This document shows, piece after piece, positions 15,001 through 25,949 of a stretch of DNA of 64,000 nt. The notes under the pieces were generated by a model that saw only the letters and a program-made list of their open reading frames with translations, was not told the DNA's origin and ran no database searches. This DNA is from Antedon mediterranea (lineage: Eukaryota; Animalia; Echinodermata), in the NCBI RefSeq assembly GCF_964355755.1, contig NC_092670.1, forward strand, positions 38,304,388-38,368,387, given 5' to 3'. Each line of letters starts with the position of its first letter. Positions within the stretch are counted from its first letter, which is position 1. A program made the translations under genes and the position numbers.

Positions 15001-18000
15001 ACAGTCATTGTATTTATTCAATGACACCAAGTGACAAATATCTACATTCATATTTAGTTGTTCAACAATCATCAATAATTCTTCCTCGTTTGTACACTTC
15101 TCACTGAACACAACTGAACTATAAAAAATAATATTAACACAACATATGTTGTCTGATTGTGTGTAGGAAAATAAACCAACCAGGCTTTCAACTGGAATTC
15201 AAATTGCATCAAATGCCTAATGCTCTACAGCACATTCAAGAACTGATTTGTTTAAAATCCATTCAGAAATGCGTAAAAATGTGAATAAAAATAATCCATA
15301 TCTCTACTCTAGTGGAATATTAAGAAAGATTTCTTGTAGCTCATTTGTGCAGGTAGAGGATAAATAATAGATTCTGGATTCTGTCACAAAGTGTGTAAAA
15401 TACTGATTTAAATGTCTTTTTCATAAGAAATATCTGTTATTTCAAATATAATATAAATGTTTAAATACATTTACTAACTGAAATTTTTTTAAATAACAGA
15501 AAAAAAAATCAACATACCAGACTTTTCCTAAATTTCTACTACAGTACTAATTTGTAAAATACATTTACTGTATAAATAATTGTAGAATATAAATATGCTT
15601 TTAATTTTTATTTTAAATTTGTTTATATTTACGGTCTACCATAATTTATTAATATTATTATACATAATGATATTTAATTACATAAAATACTGTTTAATTA
15701 TGAGCATATTATTTAAATGTAAACTTTAAACTATATTTTTATAATTTTTTTTATGCAATGTAAAACTAATTACCTCACAGTGCAACATAGTAATTTTTGT
15801 ACATCAATAAAATAAACAATGTAACTTAAAATTAATTAATAAACTATTAAAACACTATACTGATGACTAAATGAAATAGATACACAGAATATTAAAAAAA
15901 CTAAAACAGAGGCGGAGCAAGTTAAAAATTTTTTTTAAATTCAATACTGTATGGAAATTGAATAAATATAATAAATTAATAACAAATTCACATATAAAAA
16001 TGAATTAATAATAGTTGCATTGCATACTGTATATTAGGTTTTAATTTTTTGTTAGTTACAAATATAAATATGTTGGAATAATATAAAATTTGAATATGAA
16101 ATACACTAGGGCCCCAAGTTATGCATCTAAATGACATCATTTCAGTAAAGGTCACTTAGGAAGTATGATCAATTGAAGGAAACATTTCATTAAAGTTTGC
16201 CTTCTACTACTTAGTACCTAACTAGTTTGACAAAAAAAGTGTGATGTGCCCAAATATGGTAGTGATATACCCAAATACAGTAGTGATATGACATCATTAT
16301 GTCCATATATAGGCACATAACATTATATTTGTCACAACATAAAGTTTGATAGTGTACAGTAGAATGTACTGTAGACTTACTGTACTATTATAATCAAATA
16401 CTAAAAACAAATTTTTTCAAATGTACTGTATAGTACAATACATCATAGAGTATACCACCATGGCTCAAATTTTCACTACCGTACATGGGTTGGTATTGTT
16501 TGCTTGTTTCGTTTTCATTTATTTTCCACACATTTAACCAAATACTTTAGAGAAAAGAAAAAGATAAAGAGAAGACAATGTGTGAAAGGAGATCAAAATA
16601 AATATGAATTACTTTAAGCATTGACCACCTGAGCAGTTGTCGACATGGCAAGTAAACTTTGTAAAAAATTGTAACATAATTCAGTTAGTTACACTTACAG
16701 TAATCACCGAATCTACCAAATAAGAAATAGCTCATGTGTGTATGTACAGTACCGTTCTCAAAAAGATAATGTAGTGTATAACAATATGTAAATGTAGTGT
16801 GGTTTGAAATTTAGGACGAATGGAAGAAATTTAAGCAAGGCAGGAATTCCCTTCACTGCCACATTCATGATTCATGCAATCAAACTACAGTGTACTAATG
16901 TACAGTTGTATTACAATGAGTAATTGACAATTCCATTGACAAGCTCTTTATTGATTTTTGCCTTATGGTATAATCAGATCGCATGATAGTATGATGTTAC
17001 GAGAGAGTCAACGCCTTTCAGTGGATTTAAGAGTGGGTCAAGATTCTGACCAATGCAGCATGATGTTTGGCAATGGTCATGCACATAAAGTACTGGCACA
17101 CTGTTTGTTTTTGTGCCGCTCCTTTAGGCAGTTATATTCAAGAGAACTGAAGCATTAGGAAACAGTCAACATGCTGTAGCTTATAATTTACTAATACGGC
17201 TGAAAATGAAAAAAATTTGTATTTGGAAACTCAGACTGGGCATGGAGCACACCATAAAGCATGTAGATGGTATTATTCATATTATATCTGATTACAAATT
17301 CTTGCAAGATACAATAAATACCTTATTGACAGAATCTGCAGGGAAAAATTTCAACTTAAAAATTTGTTTAGCAATGTTACTAATCAAACAGAATTTTGAG
17401 TTGAGAAACATAGTTTTATATTGTATTTTTTGCTACACAATTTCAGAAATGTAAAGCAATAAGTTTGTTTTATATAGCTTTTTGCTATGCTACACTAGCG
17501 AAATTATTCCCTGTCAGAATATTCACAGTACTGTAGTTTAACATTTATTTATCCTATCACTCTTTTGAAACGTTTTCCGACATTATGCTTTCGACGATTT
17601 GTTTCCCATATTTTTCTGATTTGGGCAGGATTTGTTATTGTGTTAAATTCTACATTTTTTCCTTTTAAATTTGTTTTTATTTGGCTTATCCAGTTTTCTT
17701 TTGGTCTTCCTGGTGGTCTTTTTACTTTCTTTTCAGTTCATTGCTTGTTTAATTTGCGTATCGTCTGGCAGTAAAATTTGAATAGATTTCATGATAGATG
17801 TTCTTTTATTCTTTAAATTAACATTTAAACAAGAGACTCAATAAAATCAGAAATTTGAATTTACTGTTCATAAAATTAAAAATCACATGCAGAGAATCAG
17901 CTGTGTGCAACATGTATAATTTATTTAATCATTAACATGTGTACGTACTGTAACTTAAAACAGAGGGTATAAGTAGGCCTACAGCAGTAGCCTACTGCAA

Positions 18001-18443
18001 GTGCAAAAACTGCAAGTCTTTATAATAATTAATAAACTAATTATTGTAGTACAGTATTATACTGTCAGATGAAAATGACATTTTCTTTAATAAAGGAAAA
18101 TTTAAATTTGTAAACTTTATATTAGTAAAAATACAATTTAAATCAGGCCGAACAGGCCAACTTAGTCAGCTATAGAAACTGTTTTCCAGTAATTTGATCC
18201 AGGGACCCCCGTACACATCTCTCAGGCTTTGGCATTTTGCAGCAGAAGGCTAGCCTACTGCATGCAGTGGCGCGCGGCTGCTGCAGTGTGAAAAGGGTTG
18301 GGCACAACACTCTCGTACGTACTCACCTCTTCCAACACCGACAAAGTATTTCGACAATCGCCCATTCTAGATACAAATGTTGACGTTGTTGGAGAGTTGA
18401 AGTCATCCTGACTCTCTGAAATAAAATCCGCAACAGTAATCAT
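71..18443 (-). CDS. ASAP2: Arf-GAP with SH3, ankyrin repeat and PH domain (ASAP1/2-like); 5' part only (BAR, PH, start of ArfGAP), continues beyond position 1
   Basis: Exons (minus): 18327-18443, 11107-11179, 8301-8449, 4480-4604, 3637-3712, 2977-3030, 2510-2595, 1924-2089, 1370-1622, 71-277; all GT-AG with consistent phases. Peptides [71 protein letters not shown] and GNHICCDC match the ASAP family; which vertebrate paralog is uncertain. Confidence 0.93.
412..572. mobile_element. MITE family A (PIF/Harbinger-like)
   Basis: Family TIR about AGCTCTGTCTACACTATCAAACT, internal 21-bp repeats, TAA/TTA flanks typical of the family. Confidence 0.8.
1698..1879. mobile_element. MITE family A
   Basis: Same TIRs and internal sequence. 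Confidence 0.8.
2187..2382 (+). mobile_element. Degenerate tRNA-derived SINE (Meta-domain-like)
   Basis: A/B-box-like head and ctcatgtgcactttaaacaaccc...gagtagg, similar to the copy at 23962. Confidence 0.55.
2722..2845. mobile_element. MITE family A (internally deleted)
   Basis: Both TIRs present. Confidence 0.8.
3142..3312. mobile_element. MITE family A
   Basis: TAA on both sides; lies between duplicated flanks of about 60 bp. Confidence 0.8.
3750..4201. mobile_element. Tc1/pogo-like MITE
   Basis: TA|CCGTAAATCT...AGATTTACGG|TA termini; subterminal repeats TAATAGTAACCC. Confidence 0.7.
4259..4418. mobile_element. MITE family A
   Basis: Near full-length copy. Confidence 0.85.
6052..6461. 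mobile_element. Non-autonomous DNA transposon with 8-bp TSD (P- or hAT-like)
   Basis: Perfect 32-bp TIR CAAAGAACTTATAACACAAGAATCTCCTGTTC; TSD ACATGAAG at 6044-6051 and 6462-6469; internal direct repeat. Confidence 0.85.
6572..6790 (+). mobile_element. Helentron-associated (HINE/DINE-1-like) element
   Basis: Subterminal IR ACCTCCGCC / GGCGGAGGT, TGTT/TGTG microsatellite, 3' hairpin GTACTC-TCG-GAGTAC, CTAGT end. Confidence 0.7.
7640..7950 (+). mobile_element. tRNA-derived SINE with L2-like tail
   Basis: A box TGGCGCAGTG, B box GGTTCGAATCC, central ccaggtgtataaatgggtacc, tail gcgctatataaat followed by (TAT)n. Confidence 0.8.
8785..8872. mobile_element. MITE family A (partial)
   Basis: Internal region plus one TIR. 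Confidence 0.7.
9585..10466. repeat. 48-bp minisatellite
   Basis: Unit AAAATGACAATGCTGTGGGTATCAGTGGCTAGATCTCAATGGACATAC, with occasional longer spacer variants. Confidence 0.95.
10532..10691. mobile_element. MITE family A
   Basis: TAA on both sides. Confidence 0.8.
10907..11096 (+). mobile_element. 5'-truncated Meta-domain-like SINE
   Basis: gataaggactataaaccataggtcc...gtgcactttaaagaacc; homologous to 24065-24200. Confidence 0.7.
11694..12789. mobile_element. MITE family A copy split by a ~940-bp hairpin-ended element (about 11829-12772)
   Basis: The MITE stops at cacataaagtttta and resumes as atagtgtagacagagct at about 12773; the insert ends in a ~185-bp palindrome (12584-12769). Confidence 0.75.
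13024..13178. mobile_element. MITE family A
   Basis: Degenerate TIRs, typical interior. Confidence 0.75.
13416..13895. repeat. 33-bp minisatellite
   Basis: Unit CTACTGTACAGTACATTGGCATACAGTAAACAA, about 14 copies. Confidence 0.95.
16219..16376. mobile_element. MITE family A
   Basis: Left end truncated; right TIR interrupted by TACAGTA/TACTGTA. Confidence 0.75.
17560..17815 (-). mobile_element. RTE-clade LINE 3' fragment (decayed)
   Basis: The minus strand translates to [35 protein letters not shown]...AQIRKIWE, the C-terminal pattern of RTE ORFs. Confidence 0.7.
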
Positions 18444-19252
18444 AGTGAATGTTTACGAAAACATGGGTAATTAAATCGAAATACAGCTTCAAAATCCCTT
18501 CCTATCTTTCAATTCACTCGCGATACCGGAAGCTAAACATTTTACTTATGATACACAACCCAGACGTCATATTTCTTTTTCGTTAAAACTACGACTGTAC
18601 GTTACGAGGCTACGATCAGAGATGGCGTAGAGGTCAATTTATGTTCACTTATTAGCGTACACAGTGGGAATGAAAATGGACACACCTGTATGAATATGCA
18701 TCACGTATTCATATTAATTTGCATATGTAATTATTGTATACAGTGTGGTGTAAGAGATTATATTAAAGATGAAAATGAAGATTAACAAAATCAAACTTTG
18801 AGCAGGTCATTTGCAGTTTTAAAGTTATTCACTTCCATAGGGAGAAAAAATGGTTAAATAACCAAAAAACAGGCCAATTGTTTTCTGACGACAGACAATT
18901 CAAGTTGTGAATGATTTTTTTTTCGATCAAACTGTTGGAAAAAAACACACACTTGCCCATTGATAATACCTGCCTATTTTAAGTTTCATAATCAATAATA
19001 ACAATCGTTTTGTCATTTCCTTATTGATTATGTTATCAATCATCCTCTCATCAAGACCAAAAAATGTGTGCGTATCCTATTTGCGCACTAACGGTGGTGC
19101 ATGCACCGCGCGGTTGTGGTGGTGGTTAAGTTTGACGTGTGGTGGTTATAGAGGGCGACAAACAGCTATATTCTAGTGTGGAAATCTGTCGATCGTACGT
19201 GCAATTTTGGGTTTTTGAAAGTCGGTGATTTTTGCATATTAAGCTAACTAAA
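18444..19252. promoter_or_regulatory. Probable bidirectional promoter, ASAP / ATP5IF1
   Basis: Divergent start codons about 810 bp apart; local CpG enrichment at both ends; CRE-like GACGTCA near 18563 and YY1-like AGATGGCG near 18619. Confidence 0.6.
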
Positions 19253-20221
19253 ATGGCTCTTTTCAGAGCAGCTATTGGACTACGCCTCTCAAGAACTTTT
19301 AATATTGCTGTGTAAGTATAATATGCGTGAGTTGTATGCCTATATTATATAGACCTAACCTAGCTAGAGGCCCCTAGAGCTAGCTAGGCTAGCTACTTTC
19401 CAACTCCAACCGGTACGATTGTGTGACCACCACGGATCATGTCCAGCCAGGCAGGGAAATGAAATGGTTTCAGCTAGCCTCTCTTGGCCTGACCCTAGGC
19501 TCTATATAGGCTCGGCCTAGTAAGTACAGTAGTATCAGTCTATTCCAGTTGACCGACCAAGGCCATTTGCATAAAATTACAATGTATGACTAAACTAATA
19601 TAATATTTGAGTAAAACATTTTATTTAAATTTCAGAACACAGACTTGTGGAATGGCAGGAGGAGAAATGGGCAGTGGTGCTGGAAAGGTAATGATGATAA
19701 TGATAATAATGCCATTAAATGAAGTGGTGGTAGGCCTAATCAGACTAAATAGCTATTTCTATATAAAATGCATTGTTTAACCTTTCTTCTCTCCCTAAAC
19801 ACAATCTGATGAAATTTATGCTAGCCTACATATATACCTTCAAATAATATATTAGGGTGGTGGATCTGGAGGCTCAATCAGAGACGCTGGGGGTTCTTTC
19901 GGCAAGATGGAGTCTGCACATGAAGAGCAATACTTTAGAAAATTAGTAAGTTCAGTAATTAATAATAAATATCATACAAAATAATTACTCTCCTCTCCAA
20001 ACCATCATCATGACCAAAATACTACGTACTAGAAAAATGTATTCAAATTTTAATAATTTTACAATATTTTCTTTTAGCAAGCTCTTCAGTTGAAACAACT
20101 AAAGGAACATCATGATGAAGAAATTGACGCTCACGAGAAAGAAATCCGTCGTCATAACGAAGCAATTGAACGACTAAAAAAGAAAAAGGATCAGATAGAT
20201 GATGGAAGTGACAGTGATTAA
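19253..20221 (+). CDS. ATP5IF1: Mitochondrial ATPase inhibitor IF1, 114 aa
   Basis: Exons 19253-19311, 19636-19687, 19856-19945, 20078-20221 (TAA). Arg-rich presequence, then [52 protein letters not shown], a typical IF1 inhibitory region plus coiled coil. Not in the ORF track. Confidence 0.95.
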
Positions 20222-20677
20222 TACTAAATTGTTTCTATTCTCATTAGATAGCAAATTATGCAGTGTATACAATTAAAATAGATTAACAAATTTGAAAACG
20301 CATACAAACTAAGTAATTATTCATAGACTGTTTTCCAAGAACCTTTTACAACATACATTACGACAGTTTCTAAAACAGAATCATGGTTTAAAATAATTAA
20401 TTACAGTAAATGGAAGCTTTATCCTGTATTCTATATAATAATATGTGTTTTGGTATTTTTTATTTGCATAATGGATTTGTGCTTATTGTTAAATACAACT
20501 ATTAATTCATGATGAAATAATAGTTTATTGAAATTATATTGTGTTTTGTAAATCCACATTGATTGTGTGTGGTATGCATTAAATTACTAGAATTACAATG
20601 ATTTGTTTCTTTGCACTTTATTTTATAATTGAATCAGTTGTTCTTTCTGTATTCTTTTAGAAAATAAAGCACTTTAA

Positions 20678-21226
20678 AGATGTATTGTCCCTTGAAACAC
20701 AAAAAAATGAAGGTCAAAATATTCTAAATTTAAAGTGGCCATATCAAAGTAATATTAAAGTTATTCACTTTAAGTCGAAAATTCGAGCCAAAAACAAGAA
20801 GTTTACGTAATTAACAGGTAAATTAGTTTGATTACATTTCATCTGGAAAATCGTCGCGAGCGAAAGTAAACAAAGATTTCAAACCATGAGTACGCATTAT
20901 GCATATGCTAATTAGGATTGTTTACAACTCGTCACGGTTGAGAAGGTATTTTCACACAGATCATAATAAGAAGTTTTATGATTATGCATAAAGAGTAGCC
21001 AAACAAGCGCGTTTCATTATGGGATATGTTTTGATCGAAAACTTTGACTGGAAGTCAAAGTTATTTTTTTAACAAAAAAACGTCTGTATTTCAGTTAAAT
21101 GATTTTTTTTTCGAAAAATTTTTGGCGATAGTAAATAATTATTATGATACTTCAAAATGAGCCACCTTTTTCCAAAATCTTTTATTTGATATTTTTTTTG
21201 GAATTAGTCAAAGGGACAATACATCT
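20678..21226. mobile_element. Kolobok-like non-autonomous transposon
   Basis: TTAA|AGATGTATTGTCCC...GGGACAATACATCT|TTAA. Related decayed pieces at about 27405-27760, 49425-49690 and 61590-61755. Confidence 0.8.
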
Positions 21227-22047
21227 TTAAATTATAAGCCTTGCATTTCTTTTAGTATAATACTACTGTACTGCTGTAGTATTCTAGTTGGACGTTAATT
21301 CATCGTTGAGGGCGACAAATTCTACAACAGCACGTGTCGGAGGCACCGATGCGTGAATTTGCTTAGGGTTTTCCCCTCCGACATGAGTTTTCTAAAATAT
21401 TATTTAGAAAAAGGCCTAGAGATGTTACTTATTTATTAATTGTAAGTTTCCTTTTTCAAATTAAATGTATACAACATAAATGCTTGTTTTCTAGAAATAG
21501 ATGTTAGCTTACCACCGGTCCTTAATCACTAATAACAAGAAGTAAGCGAGTGTGTGTTGGCTAGGCTCAGACTCAGGGAGAGGGAGGAGGAGGAGGAGGA
21601 GGATCAGTTTACAGAGAGGAGCAACTCGCTCAACAACTAACAGTACTGTAAATACGCACAGAACTGTTTTAGGCCTAGACAGGACTCCCTGGCCTAGGTA
21701 GGTGAAGTCAAGTAGCAGAATAAATGTATGAAAGGAATATTTGTTTGAAGATGTGTGATAAAAAAAAAAAAATATAGGATAATTAATAATTGTATACAAT
21801 TAACAAAAATAAATCATGAATAAATTGAAACAATAAAGGTATGAATTCATATAAAATAGATCACAATATTATTAATTAATTATTAACTACAGTATGCTAA
21901 ATGTTGATTGTTGTGTTTTGAAGGCCTAACTAGGCTGCTTAGCCTGTCACTATAATTAATAATAAATATTATAATAATTTATAATTATAATAAACATTTA
22001 TCTAAAACAAACAATGAACTATTTTAACTAGACACAAGTTCACCAAA

Positions 22048-25000
22048 ATGTTTGCACAGCTCAGTCAACCAAGAAGAAAAAAGAGAGCTCCAACTTCTGA
22101 AGAGTCTCCGTTGCCAGTTCCGATAGCGTCCATCACCAACAAGCCAGCTTCAAATGAACGATGGTTCTACTATAATGCTACCCTGAAAGATGGTAGTGTT
22201 TATGTTGTCCAGGAGGGCGATATCCACTTTCTATACAAGATGGTGATTTTATTTCAAATTTGTACTTAACTCTTTGTTAGTTTACTGACATTACCTTGTC
22301 AGATCACATGGAGGTAAAAAATATCAAAAAAATTGTTCTTTACCTCCATAGTAATTATGAAATAGTATGGAACGCCATAAATGCGTAAGTGCACAAACAT
22401 AGTATCCTAGTACAGTAGAAGTAACTACTAGTTTTTTTTAACTTGGTTGTTTTTCTAGGGTTTTTTTGGGAAGGGTATGCTTTCACGTGGTAAGCCACAA
22501 CATGCAAGGTTCACTTCATCATTTCAAGGAATCAACAGGAAGAATTGTAGGTACAATGTTGGTATAATCTTAAGTAGACAACAATAAACCAATGCCTTGT
22601 TATTTTGCTTATAAAATAAAGCATTATTCCATTTTTTTAAAAATTTATTCTGTTCCAACTTTATTTGACTTTCTTGTAGTACCACCAAGTGAAAGACATT
22701 TCCAACAGCAACGATTCAAGACTGTTAGAAAACAAAGGTATGCACATACATGCACATGAGAGGAATTAGAGTGGCGGATCAGAGGAAATACTATAGTTCG
22801 ATCTACGATGACAAACCCATATTAAATCCCACCCATTTTAAACAATAATATTATAATTATATAATAAGTGTTCCTTCTTTAATGTTTTTTTAAAGATATG
22901 AGAGGCATTTAGCATGGTACAAGCAACTAGTTAAGAGGAAACAAACGCAAACAAACATTGAACAAACAGATGGCAATTTAGAAGACGACACAGACAAATG
23001 TGAAGGTTATATGTTGGAGGCTGAAGAGGAACAAAAAAAGCCTGGAAAACATCCAGTTCAAGAAGATTCATCATCAGTTATATCATCATCATCATCATCT
23101 GGGGAGGAGGATGATGCTGATGATAGTGTGATAAGTGAAAATACAAAAATACCTACAAAACCATTGAATGTTGATAGTGAGTCAAAGCTGGGTGAAGTCA
23201 AGGCAGTAAAAGTGAGTTTGATAATGTGTCTAAAGCTCTGTCTACACTATATGGGCACATCATTTTTTTTTTGTCACATAAAGTTTGATAGTGTAGGCAG
23301 AGCTTAATTTTGCAACTATTATTCACACATGTATTCTGTGAGTTACAGTATCTGCTAAGTTATTATTTTGTTTCAGAAACTTAAAACAAGTGTGAAAAAG
23401 GAAGATCCATACAAAGTGTATGAATACCTACAACTAAGTCTTGAAGAGGTACGGCGTGGTGTCAAAAAAAGAAGATAAATAAATAAATAAAAATACATAT
23501 ATAAGTATTTCAAAAATATCTTATTGTTTCCACTCAGGTTGATAGGCCCCTCCAAAATTCCTTGTCAAATTGACATATTATAGACTAAACTCTGTCTACA
23601 CTATCTTTATGTGACAACAACATATGATTGCCCATATATGGACATGATGATGTCATATCACTATCATATTTGGGCATATCGCTACCATATTTGGGCACAT
23701 CACACTTTTTTGTCAATCTAATTTGATAGTTTAGACAGAGCTTTATATATTTTGAGCTTTTGAACCAATATACTTTGTGTATAGTTCATAGAGGTACTAT
23801 ATCTCGACTACATTTTTTAGTACTAATTTGTTGGTTTCAGGCATTTTTCCTGTCATATGGTCTCGGATGTTTGGCACTTAAAAATGACAAAGAGGTAATT
23901 TTAAATTATAATCTACACCTCAGTAAGTAATTACATATTGTAGAAATCAGGTTTTGTCAAAAGGCCAAATAGCCGAGCGGTTAAGACAGTGGAACTATAA
24001 TTACGTAGACATAAAATCGGCAGGGGTTCAAGGCTCACTCGCTCCATGGTTCTGGTGGTAGAACTTCTCAGATAACAACTATAAACCGTAGGTCCACTGT
24101 ACACATCTAGCTCATGTGCACTTTAGAGAACCTACTACATCTTTCGAGTTACCCCGGTGTACTAGTATACACACAGCCACTGATCATAACTGGGCCTCTG
24201 AGTCAATTCAATTAAAAAATGTACGACTATACTCAAATAAGGTTCTGCACAGTATAGGAAGATGATGATGTTTACATAATGATTTGGTATTCTAATGCAT
24301 CAGACTACATACAGTACACACTTAAAATGACACACAAAGCCTTTGAGCTAGCTCATATGAGAATAAATATGAATTTCTTTCACTAGGAGTCGATGAACTT
24401 GACGGATATGTGGAAAGAATTTTGTAATCAGCAACCAACTACATTCCTTGGCAACTACATCGCATATCATTATTACAGAAGTAAGGGCTGGGTGCCTAAG
24501 TTGGGCGTTAAGTTTGGAGCTGAATTCAGTGAGTATTATACCTTCCTACACATTTTTATTAACGCACTAAAGTGTACGGTTTACGCAGTGGCGTAACAAC
24601 TAACATATAGAGACCTGAGGCCCCTGATTTAGGAACCCTAAGTGGCCTCAAACCCTGGAGGCCTCAGGTGTTTTTAGCCCTTTTCGACATATTTAAATGC
24701 CTGTTTTTACCTCTGGGTACTGGTCAGGGACCAACATAAGCTTCAAGGCCCCTGTGTTTAGCCAGTGAGTGCTCATAACCACTGAGTTTACGAAGACAAA
24801 ATACAGTATTTTGGAATGAAAATGAATTGTAAATTTGTTTCAGTTTTGTATAAAAAAGGACCTCCATTTTACCATGCATCATATTCTGTGATTATCAAAA
24901 TGGTTGATCAAAGGTCACTTGAGTCGATAGATGGTCCAAAGGAGAGATGGTCAAGATGGGCGGGATTAAACAGGGTCACTGAGACTGTTGCCAAGGTTGG

Positions 25001-25274
25001 TGTCACGCAAAACAAGATACTAAAGGCGTACATTGTGCATGTTTCTATATGGTTTTAATAATAATATAGAACATTTATAAAGCGCATGTTTTCTTTCTCA
25101 TTTTAATTTTAGGAAGTATTATTTTGTTATATTATCAAACCAACAACATTAACAGATGAAGAATTGATGTCTCCAAAATGCATAAGCAGTTACACCATTC
25201 ATGAGGTGGTTATGAAGAGAATAGTGCCCTCTAGAGAACGAACAAATCCCCAGCTGCCACCAGAAATCTCCTGA
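22048..25274 (+). CDS. TSEN2: tRNA-splicing endonuclease subunit Sen2, 412 aa
   Basis: Exons 22048-22242, 22459-22546, 22680-22737, 22896-23211, 23377-23448, 23841-23894, 24387-24528, 24844-24995, 25113-25274. Motifs ESPLPVP, GFFGKGMLSRG, EYLQLSLEEAFFLSYGLGCL, YHYYRSKGWVP, LYKKGPPFYHASYS (catalytic Y/H), ETVAKE (catalytic K). Probable non-coding first exon ending about 21441, with acceptor at 22031. Confidence 0.95.
23234..23304. mobile_element. MITE family A (short deletion derivative)
   Basis: Both TIRs, TAA flanks. Confidence 0.8.
23588..23742. mobile_element. MITE family A
   Basis: Near full-length copy. Confidence 0.8.
23962..24215 (+). mobile_element. tRNA-derived SINE (Meta-domain-like)
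   Basis: A box TAGCCGAGCGG, B-box-like GGTTCAAGGC, central gataacaactataaaccgtaggtcc...gtgcactttagagaacc. Confidence 0.75.
24586..24784. mobile_element. hAT-like MITE
   Basis: CAGTGG...CCACTG termini; 8-bp TSD GGTTTACG / AGTTTACG; inverted second copy at 54926-55143. Confidence 0.75.
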
Positions 25275-25699
25275 TATGAAGAATTGTAAAAATGCAATAT
25301 TTATTAAATAAAATTAAATGCAACATTTATATAGTCGCATATGGGCTTTAATTGTAAATGTACATTTGTAGAATTGGAATTCTGCTACTGTATCTCAAGT
25401 TAAAATTGCACAATGTAGTTCCAGGAATATGAAGCAAAGATACCAATATTTGTTACATGTTGCAGAGGCCCCTCGAGACTAAGGCTGTGCCTTGTGAGGC
25501 TGTGCCTTGTGAGGAGCCTCTGAAATATTGGAAAAAAACAGTTAGGTTTCCCATTTGGTCACAGCCCTCAGAACTGTGTGTGTATGAGATATGCACTAAT
25601 GACGGTGAAATGTGCATTTCTTTAGTGTATACTTATCTTCTAAAACCCCTATTCCTCTGAACTGCAAGGATTGTGATCTGTAGTGTTCTTACAAGTAAA

Positions 25700-25949
25700 C
25701 TAAGCAAAAAAGGTGTCTAAATATGGTAGTGATATGACATCATCATGTCCACCATATATGGGCACATCACATTTTTTTGTCACATAAAGTTTGATAGTGT
25801 AGACAGAGTTTTGGGTAATGGAAAACTGACAAAAAGTGTTGTGCCCAAAATATGGTAGTAATATGCTTAAATGGTAGGGCTATGATATCATGTCCATATA
25901 TGGGCACATTTTTTTGTCACATAAAGTTTGATAGTGTGTAGACAGAGCT
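25700..25949. mobile_element. Two adjacent partial MITE family A copies
   Basis: Two right-hand TIRs ending at about 25810 and 25949. Confidence 0.75.

Noticed and set aside
16958-17454. Short plus-strand ORFs in ASAP intron 1 suggesting a nested gene
   Set aside because: No recognisable protein similarity or coherent exon chain; the adjacent sequence is an RTE remnant.
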